DNA from: Squalus acanthias
Taxonomy: Eukaryota
Direction of reading: 5' to 3'
Length of the DNA: 64,000 nt
NCBI GenBank assembly: GCA_030390025.1
Contig: CM059431.1
Coordinates: forward strand, 152,582,001-152,646,000
Shown one piece after another: positions 25,141 through 36,319 of this stretch. The first letter of the stretch is position 1; every line of letters begins with the position of its first letter. The position numbers and the translations under genes are program-made. The notes below the pieces were generated by a model. The model searched no databases, was not told where the DNA came from, and saw only the letters and a list, made by a program, of their open reading frames with translations.

Positions 25141-25249
25141 CAATGGAACTGAATATCAGGCGCTGCGAATAACGGGCGCCCGAATCGATACCGCCCGTAT
25201 TTCGCCAACGCCCGAAACGAATTTCTTGGTCAGAGTTTTTAAAATTTAG

Positions 25250-25595
25250 TCTCGGGATATGGGCGTCGCTGGCAAGGCCAGCAGTGAAAGCTCATCGCTG
25301 ATTGCTCCGAATCAACTGAATGGCTTCGTCGGCCACTTCAGTGGGCCTTTAACAGTCAACGGCTTTGATGTAAAACTAGAGTCACATATAGGTCAGAATG
25401 GGTAAGGAAGGCAAGTTTACTCCAATTCCAACAGCTTCATGATCACTTTTACTGATACCTTTTATTATTTCCAGATTGAAACTTATTTGAAATTGTCAAA
25501 CTGCAATGCTGAGATTTGTACTCGCCTTATCTGCATTATCACTCAAAACCCCTGCAGTGCTAGTTTAGCGACATAACTACTACACCACCATACCG
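25250..25595 (-). mobile_element. tRNA-type SINE, same family as 58900-59310
   Basis: Reverse-complement match to 58900-59310 (ggtaaggaaggcaag, gagtcacatatagg, ggcgtcgctggcaaggccagc). Confidence 0.75.
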
Positions 25596-26345
25596 AATAC
25601 TGGCCATAATTAAATTCTTGGTTGCACGATGTTGCTCTCAAAGGCACTTTGAAATATTTCCTCGGACACTGAGTGAAGCCAGGCTGAAAAGATCAGGCGC
25701 TTTCTCCATCACCTCCTACTGCACGTTGTTGAAATTGCTGATGGTTACAATTTGTGTTATTTCCCAACTGTATGATGATGCGGACTAGACTGACCATTTT
25801 ATGGAAAATCATGTAGCTTCTCGCAGCACATTGCGGTCCGTTAATTGTCATGACCCCAGCAGGTAACTTAACTTCGCTGCAGAACTTTGAAAGCGGTGGG
25901 AATATTGGGCGTAATTTTAACTTTAACATATAATGAAAGTACAGGGTGGAATAGCAGGCTTGATCACTGGGTAGGCGCTCAGTCGTTATAAGTTATGGAA
26001 CAGACACATCTGAAAGGAGCTGGTTAATACAGGGGCGGGGGTATAAGTTAACTCACGGCCGTGGTGCTAAATGGTCGACATGGGATTAGCCGCCCCTTTT
26101 ACACTTAGCCCCAATTTCCTTTTACAGTGAAGTAAATGTTACGGAAAATCGGGCGTGGCGTCGTCCAAAACTAAAATTACCCTCAGGTTCCACAATACCA
26201 GTTTAATTCAACTTGTTTAATGCCCAGATCTCTGTGTTCAAGGAAGGATGATGTGATCAAGTTGTAAATTACTGTGATTATTCACCCTGTGTGAGTGAGG
26301 CTAATCAATAATTTCTGGATTATTTTCTCTCTCTCATTCTCACAG

Positions 26346-27247
26346 TTACCCTGCTGGCGATTGTCATCTTATGGAGAGGAAAGTGCGGTCTATCCAAATG
26401 CGTCACTCGCTACCTGGTGGCCATGGGAATAGCAGATCTGACCATCGTTATCCTTTATGTCATACTGTGGCAGATTAATCGTATTTACTTCTTCTTTACT
26501 CCCTTGTTGTACAGTCCGCAGGGCGCCGTCCATTTGGTCTTGTGCTGTACGGCCCTGGATTGCTCCGTCTGGTTCACGGTCGCTTTCACCTTTGATCGGT
26601 TTGTTTCCATCTGTTGCCAGCAGTTCAAAAGGAAATATTGCACCGAGAAAATCGCGGCTGCTGTCATTTCGACGTTGTACGTGCTGTTGTGTTTCAAAAA
26701 TGTTCGGCTTTATTTTTCACATGGTGCTGATTACAGTCAGTGTTTGCCGAAACAATGTTTTGCTGCTGTAAACAAATGGCAAATATTTGACTGGGTTGAC
26801 AGTATATTAAACCCATTAATTCCCTTTGCGCTGATTCTGTTGCTAAACGCAGCGCCTGTCAGATACATTCTAGTGGCCAGTAGAGGGCGCAAAGGACTCC
26901 GCTCTCAAGGCAACGGTGACACGGGCAATGATCCAGAGATGGCAAGGCGACGCAAGTCGATGATCCTGCTCTTCGCTATTTCGGCAAATGTTGTACTGCT
27001 GTGGGCGCCGCATATCGTGATATTCTTTTCACGGAAACAATACACTTTGGAGAACTTACTTCTTGTCCTCAAAGAAATTTCTCAGATGCTCCAGCTTTTC
27101 AGCTGTTGTACAAACACCTGTATTTATGCGCTGACTCAGACGAAATTCCGAGAGGAGGTGAGAAATGCGGCGAAATTCGCGTTCACTGCAATTGGTAAAT
27201 TAAAGAATAAAACTGACCAACGGACCGGGCTGCCTGATCAGAATTAA
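26346..27247 (+). CDS. GPR139-like class A GPCR, exon 2; spliced product ~323 aa, intact 7TM
   Basis: Acceptor ttctcacag|tt. RGKCGLSKCVTRYLVAM..ADL, SVWFTVAFTFDRFVSICC, YCTEK, PF.LILLLN, DPEM..RRKS..LLF, SCCTNTCIY.LTQTKFREE. AATAAA at 27321. Confidence 0.92.
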
Positions 27248-28263
27248 AGCTCAGACACCAGCCTTAATATGACGGGCGGAATTGTGTTATATCAAATTTA
27301 AAACATACGGTGTATTCAACAATAAAGCTTTTTTAAGTTACATCAAAATACATAATTTTCTGTCATAAGACTATCGCAATAAAGTACTCTCCAAAGTTGC
27401 ACAAGAAAAGAACATCAGTATTACTGCTAGCATATGAATGCAGCCGCACTTTATGCATTTGCTCTAACTAGCAGTTTAGTGGTTATCACCGAGTTAAAAT
27501 TAGAAAGCTGTAGAGTTATGATTAATGCAGAGAAATGTTACAGCAATACATCAGGTTCCTTCAGCTGACAATAGCGATACTCTCTAAGTTCAAGAAGCGA
27601 AAATGAGTTGGGGGTTCACTGCATGAAGAGTCGTTGTTCTCAGACTCCTCCCGGATAGAATAGTGTGAAGTTGTGGAAGGACTCGCCGGCTGATACAACA
27701 TGACGTGCGCGCACTTTCCATGACCCTAAATGTCTTTATGCCAGTCGATAGGGATGCTCAGTCCTATGCTGTTGGAGCATTGTGTAGGCCTCCGCAACAA
27801 CATAGAATGAATGGGGTGGGGGGCTTATTCCCATCCAGACGTGAGTATCGAACTGGTTGACAATCACTGACTCTGTATTGTGGGTACGGTGTCTCTCTCG
27901 CTGGACATTGTGTTTGCATGGTCACTGAACCTGGACATTGTGGATACAGTGTCACTGACCCTGGGCATTGTGGTACAGGTTCACTGACTCTGGGCATTGT
28001 GGGTTAGGTCACTGACCCTGTGCATTGTGGGCACAGGTATAAAGGTGACTCTGTGTATAAAGTGGGAGTACACTCTCGGGTAAAAATAGTACAAGTTTTG
28101 TATTGTACCTGCCCTGGGAGTTTTCAACGCGGACATTGGGTAAAAATGTTCACGGAACCTGGGCATTGAGGGTAAGGATGCGGAGATGCCGGTGTTGGAC
28201 TGGGGTGGACAAAATTGAAAGATCGCACAAAACCAGGTTATAGTCCAACAGTTTTATTTTAAA

Positions 28264-28301
28264 TCACAAGCTTTCGGAGTTAAAACTCCTTCGTCGGGTG
28301 A
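28264..28301 (-). ncRNA. Minimal hammerhead ribozyme motif (left arm, minus strand)
   Basis: Exact reverse complement of 28693-28730. Confidence 0.7.
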
Positions 28302-28692
28302 AGTGAGGAGATACAGAATCGTCAAAGCATATATAGATAGAGAACAAAGCATGTGTAACTTACAATTGCAGACAACTGAATTCAAGTCGTCAAGTCGTCG
28401 TTGGCTTGTTCACAGATGTGATTCCCAGTAAAAAAGTAAAAATTTTAAAGTTAATCGTTTTATATACAGACGGCAGCTTTTGACACGTTCGACCCCATGC
28501 GATTCCACCTCATTGTCTCAGTTGTATCTTGCTATGTCTTTGATGTGGCACCTTCCTGGCTGACCTGATTAACTTTATCACACCTCGGCAGATAAACAGT
28601 CAGGATGATTGAATTCAGTTGTCTGCAATTGTAAGTTACACATGCTTTGTTCTCTATCTATATATGCTTTGACGATTCTGTATCTCCTCACT

Positions 28693-28730
28693 TCACCCGA
28701 CGAAGGAGTTTTAACTCCGAAAGCTTGTGA
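28693..28730 (+). ncRNA. Minimal hammerhead ribozyme motif (U4C core variant)
   Basis: tcac-CCGACGA-a-ggagt-ttta-actcc-GAAA-GCTT-gtga: stem I tcac/gtga, stem II, palindromic AAGCTT. Confidence 0.7.
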
Positions 28731-29149
28731 TTTAAAATAAAACTGTTGGACTATAACCTGGTGTTGTGCGACCTCTCGATTGAGGGTAAGGCCATTGACC
28801 CTTGGCATTGTGGGTGATGTTTCACTGACACATGGCTGCAGACTGGGCCCTCAATTTATTGTGGTTAAGGTCCATAGGATGATTATAGCCTCCTGTAGGT
28901 GTTTGATTTTAAAAGGCGTTTGAGCTCTGAACCTTCCTCTTTCCACACCCTGCTGTGAAGTTCCCAGCAAAGTGGGCCCAGGAATACCTGGAACAGACTG
29001 CAGAGAAACTGTGGCTGGGGGAACCCGAGCTGGAGCTGGGTCAGGAGCAGATATGGTAGGGAGCGGGGATAGGGAGGGAGTAACTGTGGTAATCTGATGG
29101 TAATGTGCTGGGAGCTCTGTATTGTACCTGCCCTGGGAGCCCTCCATGC

Positions 29150-32100
29150 TGACCCTTAGTATAAAGGACAGAAAAAATGGAAAAGGTGAGGTGGGTTGTC
29201 CTGATACTAAAGGATGGTATAAGGACAGTATTGAGGAAGGAGATTGGCTCGGAAGAGCAGGAAGTAGAATTAATATCGCTGGAGAAATGAAATAACAAGG
29301 GGCAGAAAACACAACTGGGCGTATTAGCTATTCTGTATTAATCAAGAAATAGGAGGACCTTGTAACAACGGTAATCAAATAATCATGAGGTTCTTTAATC
29401 TTCATATAGACTGGACAAATCAAATTGGTAAATGTAGTTTGGTGGATGCGTTCTGGAATGCATTCAAGGCAGTTTCCAAGAACAAGTCTTCATGGAAGCA
29501 GACAGGGAAGAGTCTATCTTAGATTTTGTCTCGTGTATTGAGACAGTGTTAAGTAGTAATCTCACAGTCAGTGACCCTCTGGGGAAGATTGATCATAATA
29601 TGTGAGAATTTAACATTGAGTTCGAGAGTGACGTACTTAATTCCGAAAATTGAGTATTAAATTTAAATAGAGCTAGTTACCCAGCTATTCACAATATATA
29701 TTAATGATCTAGACTAGGATTTGGATGTAATATATCCAAGTTCGCAGACGACACAAAGCTGGGTGGGAGTGTGTGCCGTGAGGAGGATGCCGATAAACTC
29801 CAGTATGATTTGGACAGGTTGGGTGATTGGGCAGAAGCATGGCAGAGGCAATATAATGTGGATAAATGCAAGGTTATCCACTTTGGTGTCAAAAACAGGA
29901 AGGCAGATTATTATCTGAATGGCAATAGATTGGGAGAAGGGGAAGTGCAACGAGACCTGTGTGTCCTTGTGCACCAGTCGCTGAAGGTAAGCATGCAGGT
30001 GCAGCAGGCGGTTAAGAAGGCAAATGGTATGTTGGCCTCGTAGTGATAGGGTTCGAGTACAGGAACAAGGATGTCTTGCTGCAGTTCTATAGGGCCTTGC
30101 TGAGACCATATCTTGAGTATTGTGTGCAGTCTTGGTCGCCTTATCTGAGGAAGGATGTTCTTGCCATGGAGGGAGTGCAGCGAAGATTCACCAGGCTATT
30201 ACATGGGATGGAAGGAATGACGTATGAGGAGAGATTGGGTCGATTGGGCTTATACTCGCTGGAGTTTAGAAGAATGAGAGGGGATCTCATTGAAACTTAC
30301 AAATTTCTAACAGGACTAGACAGACTGGATGCAGGAAGAATGTTCCCGAGGTCCGGGGAGTCCAGAACCAGGGGTCACAGTCTAAGGATAAGGGGTAAGC
30401 CATTCAGGACAGAAATGAGGAAGAATTTCTTCACCCAGAGAGTGGTGAACCTGTGGAATTCTCTACCACAGAAGGCAGTAGAGGCCAATTCATTAAATAT
30501 ATTCAAGAAGGAGTTAGATATATTTCTTAAAACTAAAGTGATCAAGGGATATGGTGAGAAAGCAGGGACAGGGTACTGAATTTGGATGATCAGCCATGAT
30601 CTCATTGAATGATGGAGCAGGCTCGATGGGCTGAATGGCCTGCTCCTGCTCCTATCTTCTATGTTTCTATGTTTCTATGTATGAGGAGCGAGTTGGCTAA
30701 GCTAGATTTGTAAATTAGATTAAAATGTATGATGGTAGATAAGCAATCATGAAAATTTAAAGAAATATTTCTTAATTCTGAAAGCTTATACATTCCATTG
30801 CAAAATAAAAACTCCACTGGAAAAGTGATCTATCCGTGGCCAACTCAAATGGTTAAGGATAGTATTATATTGAAAGAAGAGGCTTTTAATTTTGTCCAGA
30901 AAAGTAGTAAGCCTGAGGATTAGTAGAGTTTTGGAAACCAGCAATTGATGAAGAATGCGAAAATAGAACATGAGAGTAAATTAGCAAGAAATATAAAAAC
31001 AGATTTTAAGAGTTTCTACAAGCATGTCAAAAGTGAGAGAGTAGCAAACGTGGGAACTTTAGAGGCTGAGACACGAGAAATATAATGGGAAATAAGGAAA
31101 TAGCAGAGATGTTAAACAAATATTTTGTATCTACCTTCACAGTAGAAGATACAAAAACATACCAGAAATAGTGCAGAGCCACGGGTCTAATGAGAGTGAG
31201 GAACTTAATGTAGCTAATATTTGTACAGAAAAAGTAATGGAGAAATTAATGGGACTAAATGCCGATATGTCCCCTGGACCTGATGGCCTACATGCTAGTG
31301 TTCTGAAGGAGGTGGCTGCAGAGATAGTTGATACATTGTTTCTGATCTTCCAAAGTTCCCTTGATTCTGGAATGGTCGCAGTAGATTCGAAGGTAGCAAA
31401 TGTAACCCCACTATTCAAGTAGGAGGGACACAGAAAACAGCGAACTGCAGGCCAGTTAACCTGACATCAGTCGTCGGGAAAATGCTGGAATCCAAAATTA
31501 AGGAAGTGGTAACAGGTCACTTAGAAAATGATAACATGATCAGGCAGAGTCAATATGGTTTTATGCAAGGGATATCCTATTAGGCAAATTTATTTGAGAT
31601 TGTTGCGGATCTAACTCGCAGGGTTGATAAAGTGGAACCTGTGGAGGTTGTATATTTGGATTTCCAAAAGGCATTCGAGAAGGTGCCGTGTTAAAGGTTG
31701 CTATGCAAAATAAGGGATAATGGGATTGTGGGTAACATATTAGCATGGATAGAGGATTGGTTAACGGACAGAGAGTAGGTATAAATGGGTCATTTTGCTG
31801 TGGGCAGGCTGTAACTAGGGGTGGGGGGCTGGGTGCTGCAAGGATCACTGCTTGGGCCTCAGCTAAATACAATCTATATTAAGAGACAGTGTACAATGTA
31901 TCCAAGTTTGCTGACGCTCCAAAGCTAGGTGGGAAAGTAAGCTGCGAGGAGGACGCAAAGAGCCTGCAAAGGGATATAGACAGGTTAAGTGAGTGGGCAA
32001 TAAGTTTGCAGATGGAGTGTAATGTGAGGAAATGTGAGGTTATTCACTTTGGTAGGAAGAATAGAAAAAATGAATATATGTTGGTGTTCTGAGAGACTTA

Positions 32101-32812
32101 GTTGTCGACATACAGGAAACACAGAAATTTAGCATGCAGGTGCAGCAAGCAATTGGGAAGGTAAATGGCGTGCTGGCCTTTATTGAAAGGGGTTTGGAGT
32201 ACAAGTGTAAGGCTGTCTTACTACAATTGTACTGGGCCTTGGTGAGACTACACCTGGAGTACTGTGCACAGTTTTGGTCTCCTTATTTGAAAATGGGCAT
32301 ACATGCCTTAGAGGCGGTGCAACGAAGGTTCAGTGGATTGTTCCCTGTGATTAGAGGGATCTCCGATAAGGAGAGATTGAGTAGATTGAGCCTATACTCT
32401 ATGGAGTTTAGAAGAATGCGAGGTGATCTAATAGAAACAGATAAGATTATGTGGGGGAATGACAGAGTAGATGCTGAGAGGTTGTTTCCCCTGGCTGGAG
32501 AGTCAAGAACTAGGGGGCATTGTCGCAGGAAATGTGATCGGCCATTGAAGACTGAGATGAGGAGGACTTTCTTCACTCAGAGGGTTGTGAATCTTTGGAA
32601 TTCTCCACCCAAGGGGCTGTGGATGTTGAGTCATTGAATATATTCAAGGCTGAGACAGATATATTTTTGGACTCTAGGTGAAACAAGGGAAAAGGGGATC
32701 GGGCGGGAAAATGGAGTTGAGTTCGAAGATCAGCCATGAACTAATTTGAATGGTGGAGCAGGCTGGAAGGACCGTATGGCCTACTGCTGCTCCTAATCCT
32801 TATGTTCTTGTG
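29150..32812 (+). mobile_element. Old CR1 ORF2 (endonuclease to 3' tail), split by a nested younger CR1
   Basis: Decayed APE region 29150-29678 resumes at ~30680. RT ORFs 31171.., 31889.. and 32134..; tail at ~32800. Confidence 0.9.
29679..30680 (+). mobile_element. Younger 5'-truncated CR1 nested in the older CR1
   Basis: ORFs 29771..30043 and 30043..30579. (ctatgttt)n tail at 30658-30680. Confidence 0.92.
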
Positions 32813-32819
32813 TTTAATC

Positions 32820-33165
32820 CCCTATGACCACGCCCCTCCCTATCTATGTAACGTCCTCCAGCCCTACAACCCGCCTAGATCCCTGAACACCAATTCTGAA
32901 CTCTTGCGCCTCCCCAATTTAAAGAATCCACAATTGGTGGCAGTGACTTCAGCTGGCTAAGCCCAAAGCACTGTAATTCCCTTCCTAAACCTCGCCACCT
33001 CTCCACCTCTCTTTCCTCCTTCTAGACGCTCCTTAAATCCTACCTTTGCCTGTCCAAATATCTCCTTTTGTGGCTCGGTGTCAAATTTTATTTTATAATG
33101 CTACTGTGAAGCACAATGGGACGTTTTATCACATTGAAGGCGCCATATAAGTGCCACGTGTTTTT
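32820..33165 (+). mobile_element. L2-like LINE 3' end
   Basis: Tail ctgtgaagcac...gggacgtttt...gaaggcgccatataagtgc resembles the Deu-SINE tail. Upstream ggcagtgacttcagctgg...aattccct is typical of L2 ends. Confidence 0.55.
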
Positions 33166-34156
33166 TGTAGTGGTAAACTGAAGTGTCTGTCTTAGTACTA
33201 TTAAAGATAAAACGATTAAAAAAAAGTCATATAGAGCAGGGCCTCCCAAGATGTTACTTTGGAACGAAGAAGTGATAAATTAAGAAGCTCTTTTCCTGAA
33301 TATTCAATATTAAAAGGATCAAGCAGTATTTTGAGGAAATTTATCCCCTTTCTAAATTGTCGAGACATCGACGTGAGGGAACACTGGTGAAATCTTGACA
33401 TGGTTGGATTTTAAAGGCCTGAAGATTTTAAATGGCCTGTTCAGTAAAGATCAGATATTCTAATGGCCTGGAAAGGAAAGAGTTTGAGGGGAAGGATGGC
33501 CGAAGAATGTTGATTTTAACACAGGAAGGATGGAGAATGACAAACGGCATTTCGGAAAGCGTACACTGGTGTTATAAGGGAAAACAGTGGGGAGGGAAGT
33601 TCAGACAATACCAATAATGTTCATCTAAGGGGAGGCAGCGAAAATTTCCAGGAGGATGCTATAGATCAGAGAGGCAACGATCAAACTAAAAACTTTTCTT
33701 ATTTCGAGTTCTTATTTCGATGGAATATAATGTGGAGTAATGTGAAGTTATCGACTTTGGTAGGAAAAATGAAAAACAGATTATTTTTTAAATGTTGAGC
33801 GATTGGGAAATGTTGATGTTCAGAGGGACCTAGGTGTCGTTGTACACGAATCATTCCAGTCTGAAAAACAGCCATTTACCACAACTCTCTGTTTTCTGTC
33901 CTTAACCCAATTTCTAACCAAGCTGCCACTGACCCACCTATTCCATGAGCCTCAATTTTGTTAACCAGCCTTCTGTGTGGTAGTACAATTCAGGTAAAAA
34001 TAGCCAAGGTATTCGGGAGGCCATTTACGATGGAGCTACAGATAGCGATTGAAAGACCTCTGAACGAGGAGTTAAGCATGGGATTCGGCAAATTTCTGTG
34101 TTACAATAACCAGCAATAGAATTTCGCAGAAACGCATGAAAGAGTTTGTAGAATAT

Positions 34157-34903
34157 AATGGGCCGAAAATTGATCCCGGGACGCGAGAGTACGCACTGTG
34201 TACTCTCGCGTATTCCCACTCCAATTGCCGGTTTTCTGCATGCCCTGCGCATGCGCTGAAAACCGGCAATTGCTCTTCTGAAATGGGGGCGGGGCCTGGG
34301 TGCATCGCGTGCGCGCTACAGGCTGCGCGCACGCTGTGCACTTCATGCTTTGGACGCGCAGGTAAGTAGGGAAGATTTTGGAAATGTAAAAAGGAGGAGT
34401 AAGACCCGCTTTTAAGAAGGTAAGTAGAGAATTAAGTATTTTTTTGATTTTTTTTTTACAGGTATATCTTTTTTATAGACTTCAAAGACAGGTAAGTTTA
34501 TTTTTATAACTTTTTAAAAGATTTTAAATTTTTTCAAAAATTTAATTTTTTATTTAAAATGGTTAATTTAATTAACTATACTTATTTTATTAATGTGATG
34601 GTTTTTTTTAATTTAATTGAGGTTTAGCTGTTATTTTGGGGGGGTGTAAGATTCATAGATTTCACAGCCATGCTGTGAGACTTATGAATGGAAGATGGTG
34701 TGCTGCCATTGGCTCTAACTGAGTCACGTGATCCCACAGCTCGCACGAATTCACTACGCCGCTGGGATACGCAAGCCCAGCACAGCTGATGTCTGGAACA
34801 TCAAGTTCGTGCGAGCTGGATCTGAAAAAGCATAAGCGAGGTGAGACATCGCGGGGAAGGCTTACCTCCGCGGGAACAGAGCGAGATCAATTTCTGGGCC
34901 ATT
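34157..34903. mobile_element. Complete ~745-bp MITE with imperfect TIRs, GC-rich hairpin arms and an AT-rich centre
   Basis: taatgggccgaaaattgatcc ... agatcaatttctgggcccatta. Multiple long internal hairpins. Second partial copy at 1801-2060. Confidence 0.85.
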
Positions 34904-35849
34904 ATAAAAGTCTATTTCAGGGGACCTCTGAACACCCAGATAGGAATCAACGCATTAGGGACGGGACGAGGGACATAAAGCGAGACATTGACATCTATTG
35001 AAGAGGAGATAATATCGATTATAAAATGCAGAAGATACAATTCGATATGGATACTTCTATCGTGTTCAGATATGTTCCCATTTATATCGGCACAGCTCTG
35101 ACACAGATGTATTTAAGCACGTGTATAATCTTGAGAAAAAGTTATTAAACAGGGCGAGTAAGCTTGGCAATTTTCCATATCTGGAAGTCACCAGATAACA
35201 AAGCTGTTTACCACAGAAGCAACTTTTCAGAGGTCAGCTTGTAAATTCCAAGACTTAATCTATCCAGTACTGTGTAAACATTCATAAAGCACAAAGTCCA
35301 CAGCTGGTTTACTCAAGGAGCTGGGAGACTTAAACAGGGTGCAGCTCTGTCCTTATACCAAACGGTTGTAGTTTACGTGAACCTTCCTTCTGTGGATCAT
35401 GTATTAATAATATTTTTATACATTTAGTCTTCTCATAGTTAACGTTGACTCGATATCTGAAGTTTGTATTTCAAAACCGGCATCAAATCTTACAACTAGG
35501 TCATGCTAATCTTACGGTTGCCATAGAGTCCGCTGTATTGGCATGCCCTGTAGTTATATATTAAGTACAGCGTGTGTTATCAGGAGAACATGACTTCATG
35601 TCCTAATTTGATTATGCTTAGTTTGCTTTAAAAATTAAATCAGGAACAATTAATGACAAAGCCCATGCTCAGTCATTTCTCAAAACATGAAACTATTTAT
35701 ATTACATTTTCTAGGAACAGGATATACTGCGTTTACTGATATTAAGTGGACCGGCCCTTCAGGCTGTGGCAGAAGACTGTCACTGATTTCAATGGAAATA
35801 AAAATAAAACCGGTAGAGAATTAAAACATCTCGCTATCACCCGTTTTAT

Positions 35850-36293
35850 ACTTAATACATTGCATTTATATAGCGTCTTTCACGACCACCAGCAGTTTCA
35901 AAGCGCTTTGCAGCCAATGAAGTATTATTTGGAGTGCAGTCACTGTTGCAATGTAGCCAACCCGGCAGCCAATTCGCGCAAAGCAAACTCCCACAAATAG
36001 CAATGTGATAATCACCACGTAATCTGTTTTTGTTATGTTGATTGAGAGATAAATATTGGCCAGAATACCGGGGATGACTCCCCTGCTCTTCTTCTAAATA
36101 GTGCCAGGGGATCTTTTACGTCCACCTGAGAGAGCAGACGGGGCCTCGGTTTAATGTTTCATCCGAAGACAGCACCTCCGATGGTGCGGCACTCCTTCAG
36201 CGCTGCACTGTTGTGTCAGCCTAGGGCTTTGTGCTTAAACCCATGACCTTCTGACTCAGAGGCGACAGTGCTACCCATTGAGCCACAGCTGAC
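35850..36293 (-). mobile_element. Deu-domain SINE (SacSINE1-like), near full length
   Basis: Reverse complement gives a tRNA-like head (gtggctcaatgggtagcactgtcgcctctgagtcagaagg), the Deu core and the tail. Confidence 0.85.
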
Positions 36294-36319
36294 ACTTGTG
36301 CACAAGGTCTAGATCTACC

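Larger units (their letters stand above)
24432..25230. mobile_element. Palindromic MITE interrupted near its axis by a Penelope fragment
   Basis: Left half ends agttccattg (~24524). Right half starts caatggaact (25141). Confidence 0.6.
28178..28778. mobile_element. Young non-coding Penelope-type insertion with inverted pLTRs and a 13-bp TSD
   Basis: 163-bp inverted repeat 28223-28385 / 28609-28771 with 1 mismatch. attgagggtaagg is duplicated at 28165-28177 and 28779-28791. Each arm carries a hammerhead motif. Confidence 0.88.
27860..28835. repeat. ~29-bp minisatellite (gtcactgaccctgggcattgtgggtacag) interrupted by the 28178-28778 insertion
   Basis: Repeated units on both sides of the insertion. 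Confidence 0.8.

Noticed and set aside
34150-34910. Firm superfamily assignment (PIF/Harbinger vs TA-TSD type) for the large MITEs
   Set aside because: Flanks are palindromic (taat/atta, ttat/ataa), so the TIR/TSD boundary cannot be fixed without empty-site comparison.
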